Positions 10,101 to 22,100 of a DNA stretch of 64,000 nt are shown here, piece after piece; positions within the stretch are counted from its first letter, which is position 1, and each line of letters starts with the position of its first letter. Source of the stretch: Vicugna vicugna (lineage: Eukaryota); NCBI GenBank assembly GCA_013265495.1, contig MU061578.1, positions 3,357,308-3,421,307 of the forward strand, written 5' to 3'. A program made the position numbers and the translations under genes. The notes beneath the pieces are model-generated. The model was not told where the DNA came from. It ran no database searches and saw nothing but the letters and a program-made list of their open reading frames with translations.

Positions 10101-13100
10101 CACAAACTAAGTGTGTGTGTTAGATGAAGAGCAGCCTGATAGCCTGTTCCTTGTTCTGACAGTCACCTTTGCGCTTGCCTGGGCCTGCTGTTTGGATCTC
10201 ACTCTTTTCAGGCTGAGTTACCAGGTTTGCTGTTCTTCTGTCAGGTGACAGATTCTGAAGTGAGGTGTGGCTCTGGGTGTGATGTGTCCCCAGTGCCTCT
10301 CATCCTGTCCTCCTGCCACCCTGGATGAGACACCAGCATTCTCCCATTTTACAGATGACAAACCAAGGCTGAGACAGGCTGAGAGTCTGCAGCTGCCGTA
10401 GCAAAGTGGGGCCAGGTGCCCACCATCTCCTAGGGGTTGGGCAGCTGGGCACTTAGCTCCCCCAGCCTGGCACTGTGGTTGTGGGGATGACCCCATTCTC
10501 ACCACTTCTTATACCTTCACCCTTACCTCCACCCTGGGCTTGGGCCTGGCTCCTCTCTGATGGCCACAGCCCTCCCCTCCAGCTCTTCCTCTCCTCAGTG
10601 CATCGCAAATGAAGCTTTTTCCTTCCTTCTTGTACTTTCTCTTCCTCCCAGCATCTCTTTTTCAGATCCTGGGACCCCTCTGTCTGCTCTGGGGCCTGGG
10701 ACCAGTCACTGAGGCCCATTTGTTCTCCCTTCACCTCGCTGGTCCTGCCCTGCCTGCCTCCTGGCTGTGCCACCAGAGCAGAGACCCAGTAGTGCCCAGG
10801 GTCACCCACTGACCAGGACAGCAACCTGTTAGTTTCCAGAGGAGTTTCTAGAGGTCCAGAAAGGGCCATGGGTAGACCCATCTGCAAGTGTGACGGGATT
10901 CCTCCAGTCCACCCCTTTGTAGGAGGCACTCATCTGCTATGTATGGTGTGAAGACCAACCTACCCTACCTGAGAGGGTGACTGGCTGGGAGGGACAGATT
11001 TTGGTACCTACTTCAGATTATGCTAATTACATTGATTTGTAATTTGGACTGGTGTGGTTTTTCCTAAATTTTCAGGAAACTAATGTATAGGTAGAGTATT
11101 TTCAACTTAAGGTTTTCCCCCCAATTTTCAGCACTTGTTGTAAGCTCAAGCTAGGCACGGGAACAGGCAACGCAGAGCTGGCCTCCCTCCCAGGGTTGTG
11201 TGGTTGCAGCAGCACTGCTATGTCATCATGCATGTGTGATGTCATTGTTTCTATCAGCAGGAGTATTTGTGTCTTAGATGATGAACCAGGAAGGAAACGG
11301 GACGGGGAAGTAGACAGGAAGGGTTATGGGGTACTTCCACCTCTGTTCTATTTGAGTTGGAATTGCAGGGTGTACAGTGGCTGGTCTCTGAAGAGCTGGT
11401 TGCTTACCTGTTTTGGGCCTTGGGAAGGGAGGAGGAGGGGACAGAGTTGTAGCCAGGCCTGGAAGTGAGCAGCACCTGGCATGGGGACATGCCTCTCACG
11501 AGGTGGTGTGGGGCCTGGAGCCAGTCAGTTAGGGACAGTCCATCAGACATTTGAGGAAAGTGGGGAAGGTCTCAGTGTCCAGCACCCTGGCTTGGAGCAA
11601 GCTGCAGAGGGAATGCTAGAAAGGAGAGAAAGATGGCTTGTGGGACTGGATTTACAGCCCTCGGCGCTCAGGAGAAGGGTCTTGGGACTGGTGAAAGTGT
11701 CAGAGACCAGGAGAGGAACTGGCTGCACCAAGACCGGATGTGTACGGTCATCCTTACAGTGGGACAGTGGGTCCTTTCAGTCCTTTGGGGACAGACTGGG
11801 AAATAAAAGTGAATAAAGTGAACCTGAACCCTAAGCACAAGGTAGTAACTAAGGTTCATGGGTGTGGTTGTGTGAGCTGTTTGACAGGTGGTCTCTGGTG
11901 TCCATGGTACTCACTTTTCTTCTGCCAGGATCAGAAAGGTGAAGACTTCATCAGCTGTGGACATGTGTCCTTCAGAAGGTAGAGGAGGGACAGGGGACAG
12001 AGGTGACTGGGTAAACCCAGAACTGATGGAGGTGGGGGACCCAAGAACATGAGCAGAAAGCCTTGGCTCTTCGTGGTGGTTTGGTTAGGTTGCAGAAGAG
12101 AGAACTGACTCGTGCAGAAGGTGGGGGTGCCTGGAAGACAGGCTTCCAGGATCATGAGGAGGGAAGGAAAGTGAAGAGGGATCTGACCAGGGTTTAACCA
12201 AGGAGTGAAGAGGGTGTGGTGTCAGGAGGCCAGCATACTGAGAGAGCATGCCCCCATCCCCATAGAGGACAATGAGTGGAAAAGGCCCGAATCCTGCAAG
12301 TGGGCAGGCTCTCTACAGGTTTTGAAAAGCATTTAAGTGCAGGTAACCAGGTATCAGATCTGGTCAGGGCAGTTAATGTCAACCCTGGACAGAGATCTTG
12401 GCTGGTGATAAACACATGTTTATGAGTCCGGGAGGCCACTCAGGTGGGTCAGACAGAACAGGTTGGGTTGCTGTGCTGGGCCCGAGGCAGTTCTTGGGGG
12501 TGTAAGCTGGGCTGTGGCCAGCCTGCATCTTCCTGGGCAGCAGTTGTCCATCACTTGGGCCAAGGTAGGGGTGGGTGCCTGCAGATCAGGTCTGTGCGAT
12601 GCCTCAGTGGGAGGAGTGGTAACAGGGATGTAGAACGCTTTGTGCAGCTTTGAGTGACTGAGGGAACATGGTGACATCGAACAGGGTGCCAAGGTTCTGT
12701 ATTAGTTCCAGAAGCCACTGCGGAGGATTTGGGAGCTCTAACTCAGCAGCAGTGTTGGCTGTCCACCCTGCCCACCTTTCACTGTTGGCTGTTGTCTCCT
12801 AAGCCCTCAGGCTGGTGCCCCTTATAGGAATCCCCTACCTAGTTTTACCCAGTTGTTTTGCATTAATCTCTGCTTCCCAGTGTTTACTCCTCTCTCTCTT
12901 CCTGGGTCCTCTTTGCTTCCTGTTCCACACTGCTGGAAGGCATTAGTAGCTGAGTCTGATTTTCCTACTGATGTAGTTTGGACAGGAGGAGGTGTGTTCC
13001 TGAGCACAGGGCTCAGGTGCGGTGTGGCCAAAAGAGGCCCTCATCAGCGTGCAGCAGCTGCCACCCTGACCTGACAGACACCTCCTGTGGAGTAACAGTC

Positions 13101-16100
13101 CTTTGTGCATGCTCTTTCAGTCATCTGTGCTGGCACACCTGTGCACACCACATATACGTTCACGTGTATATGTGGGCACAGACACATGCACACTCACATA
13201 CTTGTTTGTTTGTATACACTCTACACATGAACACACAGCTGGGGCTGCAGTGGTTTCATTTGTGTCCAGGTTAGCAGCAGCCAGATCCCTCAGTGAGTGG
13301 GAGCAGCGTGGTAATGGTATCATCACTGGGAGTGTTTTTCTCATTTTAAGTCACTTGGCAAGGGTCCCACGATAGTCTTCTAATGAAAGATACATGGAAA
13401 GATGTTTAACCTTAAAATTCAGTGGAATGGAATGCTCACCTGTGAGCTTATCACAGGGTAAGTCTGATGACACTCGCAGGGATGGTGCCTGCCATGCTCT
13501 CTCTGAGGGACTCAGCAGCACATATCCCGAGCTGTGACAGTCTTCCCTTTTCAACCAAGCAATTAGGAATCTGTCCTTGTTAAGGCTTTTTTTTTTTTTA
13601 ATAAAAATGAAAAACTTGAAAAAGCCTAAGTGTTTGGCAGTAGAGATGTGGTATATTTGTTGGGTGAGATATTACCATAGCCTTTAAAAAATGCAGGCTT
13701 GCAGGAATATTTAGTGAGTATTCAATGATATAGGGAAATCTTTATTATCTCATTAAGTGGGGGAAAAAACACGTCTAATTACATAGTGTATAAATATACA
13801 TAAAATGGACAGAATTTTTGAGTGAAATATGTGAGAACATTAATGGTGGTAACCTTTGAGTTTTGGGGTTGTGAGTAGTTTTGTTTGTTTTTTTGTTTGT
13901 TTGTTTTTAGTTTTGTTTTTAAGGTTCTGTGTTTTGCCAGGTTTGTGTGTAAAGTGAGCTTGCTCTATATGGACAACAGGAAGCTTTTACTTTGGTTTGG
14001 TCTGGTGTGGTTTTTCAGGCATTAAGGAAACCAGCCCACAAAGTAACTGCCCTGGAGCTCCCCAGCCCCTGCCTGCCAGCCTAGAAGGGTTTCTTGAACT
14101 GTATCAGGTGCCTCCATGTACTCTCTGTCCCTGACCTGGCCAAGTGGCAGGCTTGTGTGTGCACTTGGTGTGGGAGACCATGGCTGGGGAGGGCAGGCAC
14201 TGGGGCCAGCGGGTCATCCTTATTCCCAGACGTCCACATGGTCAGCACATTAGTGAACAGCCCTGATCAAGGTATGGAATGCTCCCCCTACCCCAGAGGT
14301 TCTCTTGGGCCCCTGCCCCACTGGCCTGCTCCTTGTGTCTGTGGGTTACTTTTACCAGAACTTCCTGTGAGTGGACCACACAGCGTGGCCTGTCTTGTCT
14401 CTTCTTGTTTTGCTCAGCAAGTCCACTCACGTTCACATACCACCTGCGTTCTTGTCCCTCGGTGGCAGTCCTTTGCACGCATACACCGGATTTTTTCATC
14501 CTTTTGCCTATCAATACGGTTTAGGTTACTTCCAGATTTTGGCTACTGTGAATAATGCTGTCATGAACATTCTTATACAAATCCTTTAAATTTTTTTGAA
14601 TTCATTTTTGTGGGACAACATGCATGTTTATCACGTTGGCCTTTTGTAAGTGTAGGTTCAGTGGCACAAAATGCATTCCAGCACACCAGTCTCTGTGTGG
14701 ATGTGTCTCGGGAGTGGGGTTTCTGGGCCACATGATGAGTTCTGTGGCTCTATATCTTAGTCAGCTTTGGGTGTTGTCAGGTTCTTTTCCTTTTAATCGA
14801 CCTTATTGAGGTATTATTTATGTACCAAGAACCTGTATCCATGTAAAGCTTGCAGTTCGATGTCTGTGGACAGGTGCACTCACTCCACTCTTAGCAGACC
14901 ATGGCCTATGCCCGGCCTGGCCTCTGCTGACTTACATCAGAGGCTGATTTGCACTTCTAAAATTTCTCTGAGTGGAACCACATGGTGCGTATTCATGATA
15001 GCTTCTTTTTTTCTCCATGTTGGGTTGGATTCAGCCATATCACTGTGTGTAGTCGTGGTTCACTCCTTTGTGCGCAGCCTTCCACGTGTGAGGAGACCGT
15101 GCGTTCCTCTGCTCTGCACATGGGCTTTGGGAACGCTTCTGTGTTTGGGTCACTCTGAGTAGTGCTGCTATGAAAATTCTCATGCGTATTTTTTGGTGAA
15201 TGTACATATGTGTTTCTGTCAGGGAAACAGTGAGGGGTGGGATTGCTGGGCTGCAAGGTGCAGCCTTTGTAGATCCTGCCAGTTTTCCAGAGCAGTCGAG
15301 CAATTTCTGTCCTGCCAGGAGAGTGTGAGAGTTCCGCTTGCTCCACAGCCTGCTTCCACTTTAGCCCTGCTGAGGCCGGTGGCGCTCCACCCTGTGGGTC
15401 TCCTGCCGTTACCTAACCTTCCTGAGGGGATGGATTGTTAGCCTGTACCCAGTTTACCTATAATAGAAAATGAAGCTGAGATAAATGGCCTTTAGTTGCT
15501 TGTGCACTTGGATGTTCCTTCTCTGTTGCTGCTGTGCCCGTCATCTTACAGTCCTGAAGGTGTGGTGAGCAGTCAAGGTGTGGGACCGAGGGCCCTGTTT
15601 CCTTGCTGGCTGTAAACGGAGGGCTGTCCCAGTTTCCTGCACTCTGTACGAGTCCCCTCCTCCCTCTGCAAAGCCAGCTCAGGTCCCTTCTTCCATCTCA
15701 TCTCTCTGACTCACCAGAAAAGGGTCCCCACTTGTAAGGACTCTTGATGACATTGCCCCACCCGGGTAACCCAGGATCCTCTCCCCTTGAGGACCATAAC
15801 TGAGGTCACATCAGCAAAGCCCCTTTGCCCCTTAGGAAGCATGGTCACAGGTTCCAGGGACTAGGATGGGGACATCTTTGGGGGCCTTTCCTCGGCCCAC
15901 CACAACTTCATGGAAAGTTCTTTTTGTTGTTTTGTGTTGATAGATTTTTGTAGTCTGATCAGAGGAGTGCATGTTTGCATTTCTGTTCAGTCCTGCTGGG
16001 GTTAGTTACTGCTGGAAACTGAATGTGTGTCCCCCCAAATTCACACATTTATACCTGACCCCCAAGGTGCTGGTGTTTGGAGGTGGGGTCTTCAGAAGGT

Positions 16101-19100
16101 GATCAGGTCAGGAGGGTGAATTGGTGTCCTTAGTGATCCCAGAGAACTCCCTTGCCCTCTCCATCATGCAAGAACATTGCAGGAAGACAGCACCGTCCCT
16201 GAACCAGGAATCTGCCCCTGTCAGACACAGAGTCTGCAGGTGCTGTGGTCTTGGACTTCCAACCTCCAGAGAGTAGGAAATAAACATCTGCTGTTTGTAA
16301 GTCCCCAGCTGTGGAATTCTGTCCTAGCCACCCGAGCCGACCAAGAAATACCAAGTGGCTTAAAACAGCACCCACTTATTAGTGCCCAGTTTCTGTGCAT
16401 CTGAATCTGGGCCTGGGTCTCTCACATACTGTGCTCAAGTGTGCTCATTGTCAGCACCTGGCCGCAGACCTCTCTGTGGGGCATCTAGCCTCATGGAGCC
16501 CACGGGACAGTCTTGTGTGGTGTGACTCCAGAGGGATATCTGTCACCTGGTCCCATCTAGGAGTCAGAAGCCAGTCTTAGCTCCCACCACCCTTGGCAGA
16601 GGGGTGTGCTTAGTGGTGGGAATGCCCACCACACTGTGCCAAGGCCTTGCCTCTGCCCTTCGCGCATGCTCTGGCTAGAGACACATCACCCTGGCAGAGG
16701 CCTGTGCTGTGGTCTCCCCCTTGGCAGAAGACGTATGACAGCTGGTCAGGAGGTCACCTGCGTGCCTGGGGCTGCCTGCACAGCTAGCCTGTGGATTCCA
16801 GGCACTTCTGCGTGTTCACCTGTGTTATGGAACACTTCTGATTCCAAGAAGATCCAGATCTTTTTTTGCTTTTGTCTATCTCTGGGAACTTGGTGAGACC
16901 TTATTTTCTCTCCCTAAGGAGTAACATCAAGGGACGGTGGCTGCCTGTCTTGGGTTTTGGGGGCAGTGCCCTCATGCTGTGTGCTGGCTTGATGTTGGAA
17001 ACACACAGGAGCCTGACTAGGGGCCAGGAGGGGAGATCCGGGAGCTCTACATGAAGACCAACAACCTGGCTTTTGACATAGCAGCATCTTCTCCACGGTA
17101 GGGGACCACACTGCATCTGAAGCCTCCTGTGAAGCCGCAGGGTCACCTACTAGGCTGCGAGGGTGCTGTGCTTGGGGTCCAGCCTACAGGGAGTGCCATT
17201 CCAGTTTCAGGTGCTGGATTTAACAATGTAAAGGAAGGCATCAGTTAGCTTTTTCTTTTTCATTCTTTTTTGTTGTTGTTGTTACAATTCTTTTTATTTT
17301 ATTTTTTATATACTTTTTTATTGAAGTGTAGTCAGTTTACAATGTTATGTCAATTTCTGATGTATAGCACAATCTTTTTCATTTTTAATCCAATCTTTCA
17401 TTACTCAGTTTTTATTAATTGTTTTGAATTTTTAAGAAGTTCTTTTATGGCTGGGGAGAGGGAATAACTCACTGATAGAGCACATGCTTAGCATGCACGA
17501 GGTCATGAGTTCGAACCCCAGTACCTCCATTAAATTAATAAAGCTAATTACCTTTCCACACCCCAAAAAACCAAAATAAATAAATTATTTTTAAAAAAGA
17601 AATTCTCCTATGGCTTTTAATCATGTTGGAAATTAGCTGGATAGTTACACACTTAGTGTTGGCTTTTTTTTCCTGAAGACTGGACCTCACACTGAAGGGA
17701 GGTTGGGAAGGATGCTGTGTGGGGTAGGACAACCCTCCTTGCCACTCCCCCAGGTGGGTCCAAATTGAGCCTGGATAGGTGCGTGGAAAGTGCCTCCACC
17801 TCCAGGTCAGCCGGGCTGTGTCTAGTGGGCTTTGTCCTGACAGCTCCTGCTGCCTTAGAGCAGTGGAGAACTGAGTTTAGAAACTTCCGCAGTCTGGACT
17901 CACACACTCAAAATACAGCTGAGTGGGCAGGTCTAGGCGGACAGCTGAGAACTAACTTGGTTTGTTCCTTTCGCCCCAATCACCTCGCAACTTCCTAGAC
18001 ATGGAGTGAAGATGGGCTTTCTGGAGATCTGTTGTCCTGAGCTGGGGCCAGCAGACGTGGGGAGTGGGGAGATGCCTGAGGGGAGGGCCTGCCACGCTGT
18101 GGCAGTGAGAGAAAAGGGTGCCCGAGGAGAATGGCTCTTGTACCAGGTTGTCCTTGCTAGGCTGGCCACATGGCCGGGGATGCTTCACTCAAGTGGAAAT
18201 GTCCTACTCCCGAGGAGAGGGGCAGGCAGAAGACAGAGGTTGTGTCCTGCTGGTCAGTGCCCCCCATCCTCAGCCTTCCTCCTGCATGTCCCTGCAACTT
18301 TGCTTACAGCCCTGGGGAAGTGGGTCTTAGGGGGCCTGAGGGAGTGGGTGCCTGGTGGACTCCCCAGATCACTACAGTGTGGGCAGCTGTCTGGATGAAA
18401 CTTGAATGCCCTTTTTTGTAGTATTCTTCTTTCCTGCTCCTCCCTTCCCTGAGTCTGTGCTCTGAAGCACCTCTAGGAAGGGTGGCAGAGTCAGCAACCA
18501 GGCAATTAGTTGTAGTGTCTCTGCTTCTCCAGCCTCTGTCAGCGTTTTCCCAAAGCTGGCGAGCTGCTCAGTGCCCAGCTCCTCCCTGCTGGATGTGAGG
18601 CCAGCGATGCAGGGACACGGTGTGGGAGGAACACAGCGTCAGGAGGGACAGAGTGTTGCAGGGACACTGCATCAGAGGCTGGCAGGCCCTTGTGGACCAA
18701 CGCTTTGAAGCATCCCCTTTATTGTCTTGAAAAGGAAAGAAATTAGTAATCTGTCCTACTCGTGCTCAGAACTAAACACACACACATGTGTATGTGCACC
18801 TGTAACATAAAGGAGGAAGAAAGGGGTGCTGTCCTATGTCAGAAAGTCATTTGTGGTTGAGTAAGTCAGTGCTTGGGGACAGTTGTGCTTGATGCTGAGA
18901 AGGTGACAGTAAAAAATGTACCTGCTCTGGTGTGGCTATGGTTGATTTTTTTTTCCTGAATGGTGAACAACTCTTAGTAAAATTCTGAACAAACAAGGCA
19001 GTCTGCTGTGATTCACAAGGTAGTAGCACCCCTGCACACCGTGGAGTGAAGGGAGGGGCACACACGCCACATGGGCTGAGCCAGGGTCTTGGCTCAGAAT

Positions 19101-22100
19101 GAGGTCCCCAGGTCTTCACTGTGTGAACCCCCAGCTGGGTGTGGGCACGCTGGTGGGAATTGGAGGCTCCCGTGCCCCTGAGGGGATGTGCTGCAGCTCT
19201 TGGCTGGGTGCAGGTACAAGACAGCTGGGTGCCTGGTAGAGGGTCAGAATGTAGAAGCCACTTGTGTCAAGTGAATTGCACTCCTTTCAGGAACCTTATG
19301 AAACAATAGACAGATGTTCCTATGAGTTTGGGTATCAGTCAGGTGAGGGAGGCTGACAGTTTGGAGGGCAGGTGCCACTGCCACTGCTGAGTTCAGAGAC
19401 CTAGGCTGTGAGGGTCGGCAGGGACCCCTCTGAACTCAGCTCAGGGACAGTAGGCTGAAATCAGGGCTGAACAGCCCCCAGCAGGGACACAAGTGGTCTA
19501 CTCTGGCCCCTCACCCTGGCGGCCTCCCAAGCCCTGTGTCCATCCAGGGAGTGTCTGCAGTCCCAGGGCCTGAGCCCTCCCCACATGTGAGCTGCTCCTG
19601 CCTCCTTGTGCATTGGACACACCACTGAGTGCCTGGGCCTAGCCCTCAAGAGACTTCATGGGCCTGTGTGCACGGGGCAGCTGCTCTGGCTCTGGAGAGC
19701 TGGTGTGTATTCTCAACGGTCATGCCTGTGCTATACGAGGTGTTAAATGCTTGCAGTGAAACGTCTGGTCGTCCCTTTCTCAAAAAGCTACTTGTTTTTT
19801 AAGGACTGGTGGGGTGAAGCAGGGGCAGGGATAATTGTGAAGTTCTGCAGCAAGAAGTGTCAAGCTCTGAGAGTTGTCTGAGCTGGTTCATTGGTGAGAT
19901 CTGGCTGGTGCTGTCCTTACGGTGGTAGATGCTGCCTCTCTGGGCAGGCTTCTCTGAACTTGGTGAGTCTGTATTTTCTATGCATTTATAAAGCACACCT
20001 TACATTTTTATCCAGATTTGGGAGATGGGCAGGTGAGAGGCAGAGCCAGCATGATGAATATACTTGAGATGTTTCTGATATCCGGGTGAGCATGTCAGCC
20101 TTTGGGCTCCCTGGCCATCCTCAGCTGGCTCCTGCTGTCTACTGTAGGGACCTGCCGTCCACTTTCCTCAGGCCCCTCACACAGGCCACTCTGCCTTCCT
20201 GGGGGTGCCCGAGCCAGGCCATGGAGGCCACCTGTCCCCAGAGGCTGTAGCTGGGGCTGGAGGGCCCGTGGGCAGGTTGTGTTCAGAGAGAACGGCTGCC
20301 TTCCGTGAGTCTGAGTCATTTAGTGGTCTCTTCCCTGAAAGTCCTGTTCTCTATGAGCCCTCTGACCCAGGTGGTGGGCTGTGCAGTGGGGCAGGGTGGG
20401 GTGGCTTGGGAAGAGAGCTGATCCCTCCTTGGTGCCAGCTCCCAGCTCTGAGTACCTGTCCCCACAGGTCCCTCTTGGGCATTTGGTGGAGCGTTGAGCA
20501 GAGCCCCTGGAGGGTGGGGACCATTCGTCCTTTCTGAAGTTGAAGTCATGAGTAATGAGTTGGGCAGGACTCAGGCAGGTAGGTCAGCGAGGCGCCAGCT
20601 GCCTCTCGGTGCCATTTATGGGAGGAGGCCTAGTGAGCCACCACCGCCGAGACCGGCGTCCTCCCCAGAGGCAAGTAAGGGCAACAGCACAGCTCCCTGC
20701 CCCCTGCTTCCTCCTGGGCCCTTCCTGGGTGTCTCTCTCCTCCCTGCAGCCCAGGATATGCCCTTGAGCCGTGGACCTTGAGGTCCTTTCCTGGGGGCTG
20801 GCCTTCCCAACTGACACCTGTCCAGTCCCCATGGCCCAAGCTCACTGGGCTCATGACTGCACGGAGGTGACGGCCCCTGGAGAATGGGTGCCCACATCCA
20901 CAGCCTTCCTGGAAATCACTGTTTCCAACACTGTCCTCATGGAGTCAGCTCACCACAGGTGGAGAGCCAGGACTGAAAGGAAGGTGTCCTGGGCCAAGTT
21001 GGAGCGTCCGTTTGACAGAGAATTCTAAGAGTGTCCACCCAGAGAAGCTGGTTATCAGCAGAGAGTTGGGGGGAGGGGCAAATGCAGAGGAAGGACAGTG
21101 GAGACAGGCCTGAGTTCTGTTCCCCCCTAAAGAATGTTTATTTTGCTTGAGAATATGTGCAGAAGAAAGAAAAATAGTGGTAAAATACACACCATGTAAA
21201 ATTGACCATTTTAAATATTTTTAGGTGTATAGTTCAGTGGCAGTCAGTATATTCATCACCATCCATCTCCTTTTGGGCATTTGGTGGAGCGTTGAGCAAA
21301 GCCCCTGGAGGGTGAGGACTGGTCGTCCTTTCTGAAGTTGAAGTCATGAGTAATGAGTTTACTTTCCGGAACTTTTTCCTCTTTCCAACTGACACCTGTC
21401 CCTGCGCACTAATTCCCCACCCCTCCTCTAGCCCAAGGCAACCTCTGATCTCCTTTCTTGTCTCTAAATCCGATTGTTGTTTGGGCCTCATAGGAGTGGA
21501 ATCAAACAGAATGTGTCCTCTTGCATCTGTCTTATTTTATGGAGTGTAATGTCTTCAAGGTTCATCAATGTTGTAACATGTGTCAGACTTTCCTTCGTTT
21601 TTAAGGTTGAATAATATTTTGTTGTGTGGATGGACCACATTTTGCTTATTCATTCTTCCATTGATAGACACTTGGGTTGTATCCAACGTTTGACAATGTG
21701 ATTAATGCTGCAGTGAACACAGGTGTGCAGATACATACATATTAATTCCCTGCTTTTACTTTTTTGAGGTACAAACCTGAAGTGGAATTTTTGGATTACA
21801 TGCTAATTCTGTGTTTAATTCTTTGAGGAATTACCATTATTGTTTTCCATGGTGGCTACACCATTTTCCATTCCCACCATCAGTGCACAAAGGTTCTGAT
21901 TTCTCCACATCTTTACCAATACAGGTTATTTTCTGGGTTTTGTTTTNNNNNNNNNNNNNNNNNNNNNNNNNNNNNNNNNNNNNNNNNNNNNNNNNNNNNN
22001 NNNNNNNNNNNNNNNNNNNNNNNNNNNNNNNNNNNNNNNNNNNNNNNNNNNNNNNNNNNNNNNNNNNNNNNNNNNNNNNNNNNNNNNNNNNNNNNNNNNN

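Noticed and set aside
17453-17530. tRNA-like sequences here and at 4443-4535 as tRNA genes
   Set aside because: A-rich tails, TSDs and broken stems mark them as SINEs.
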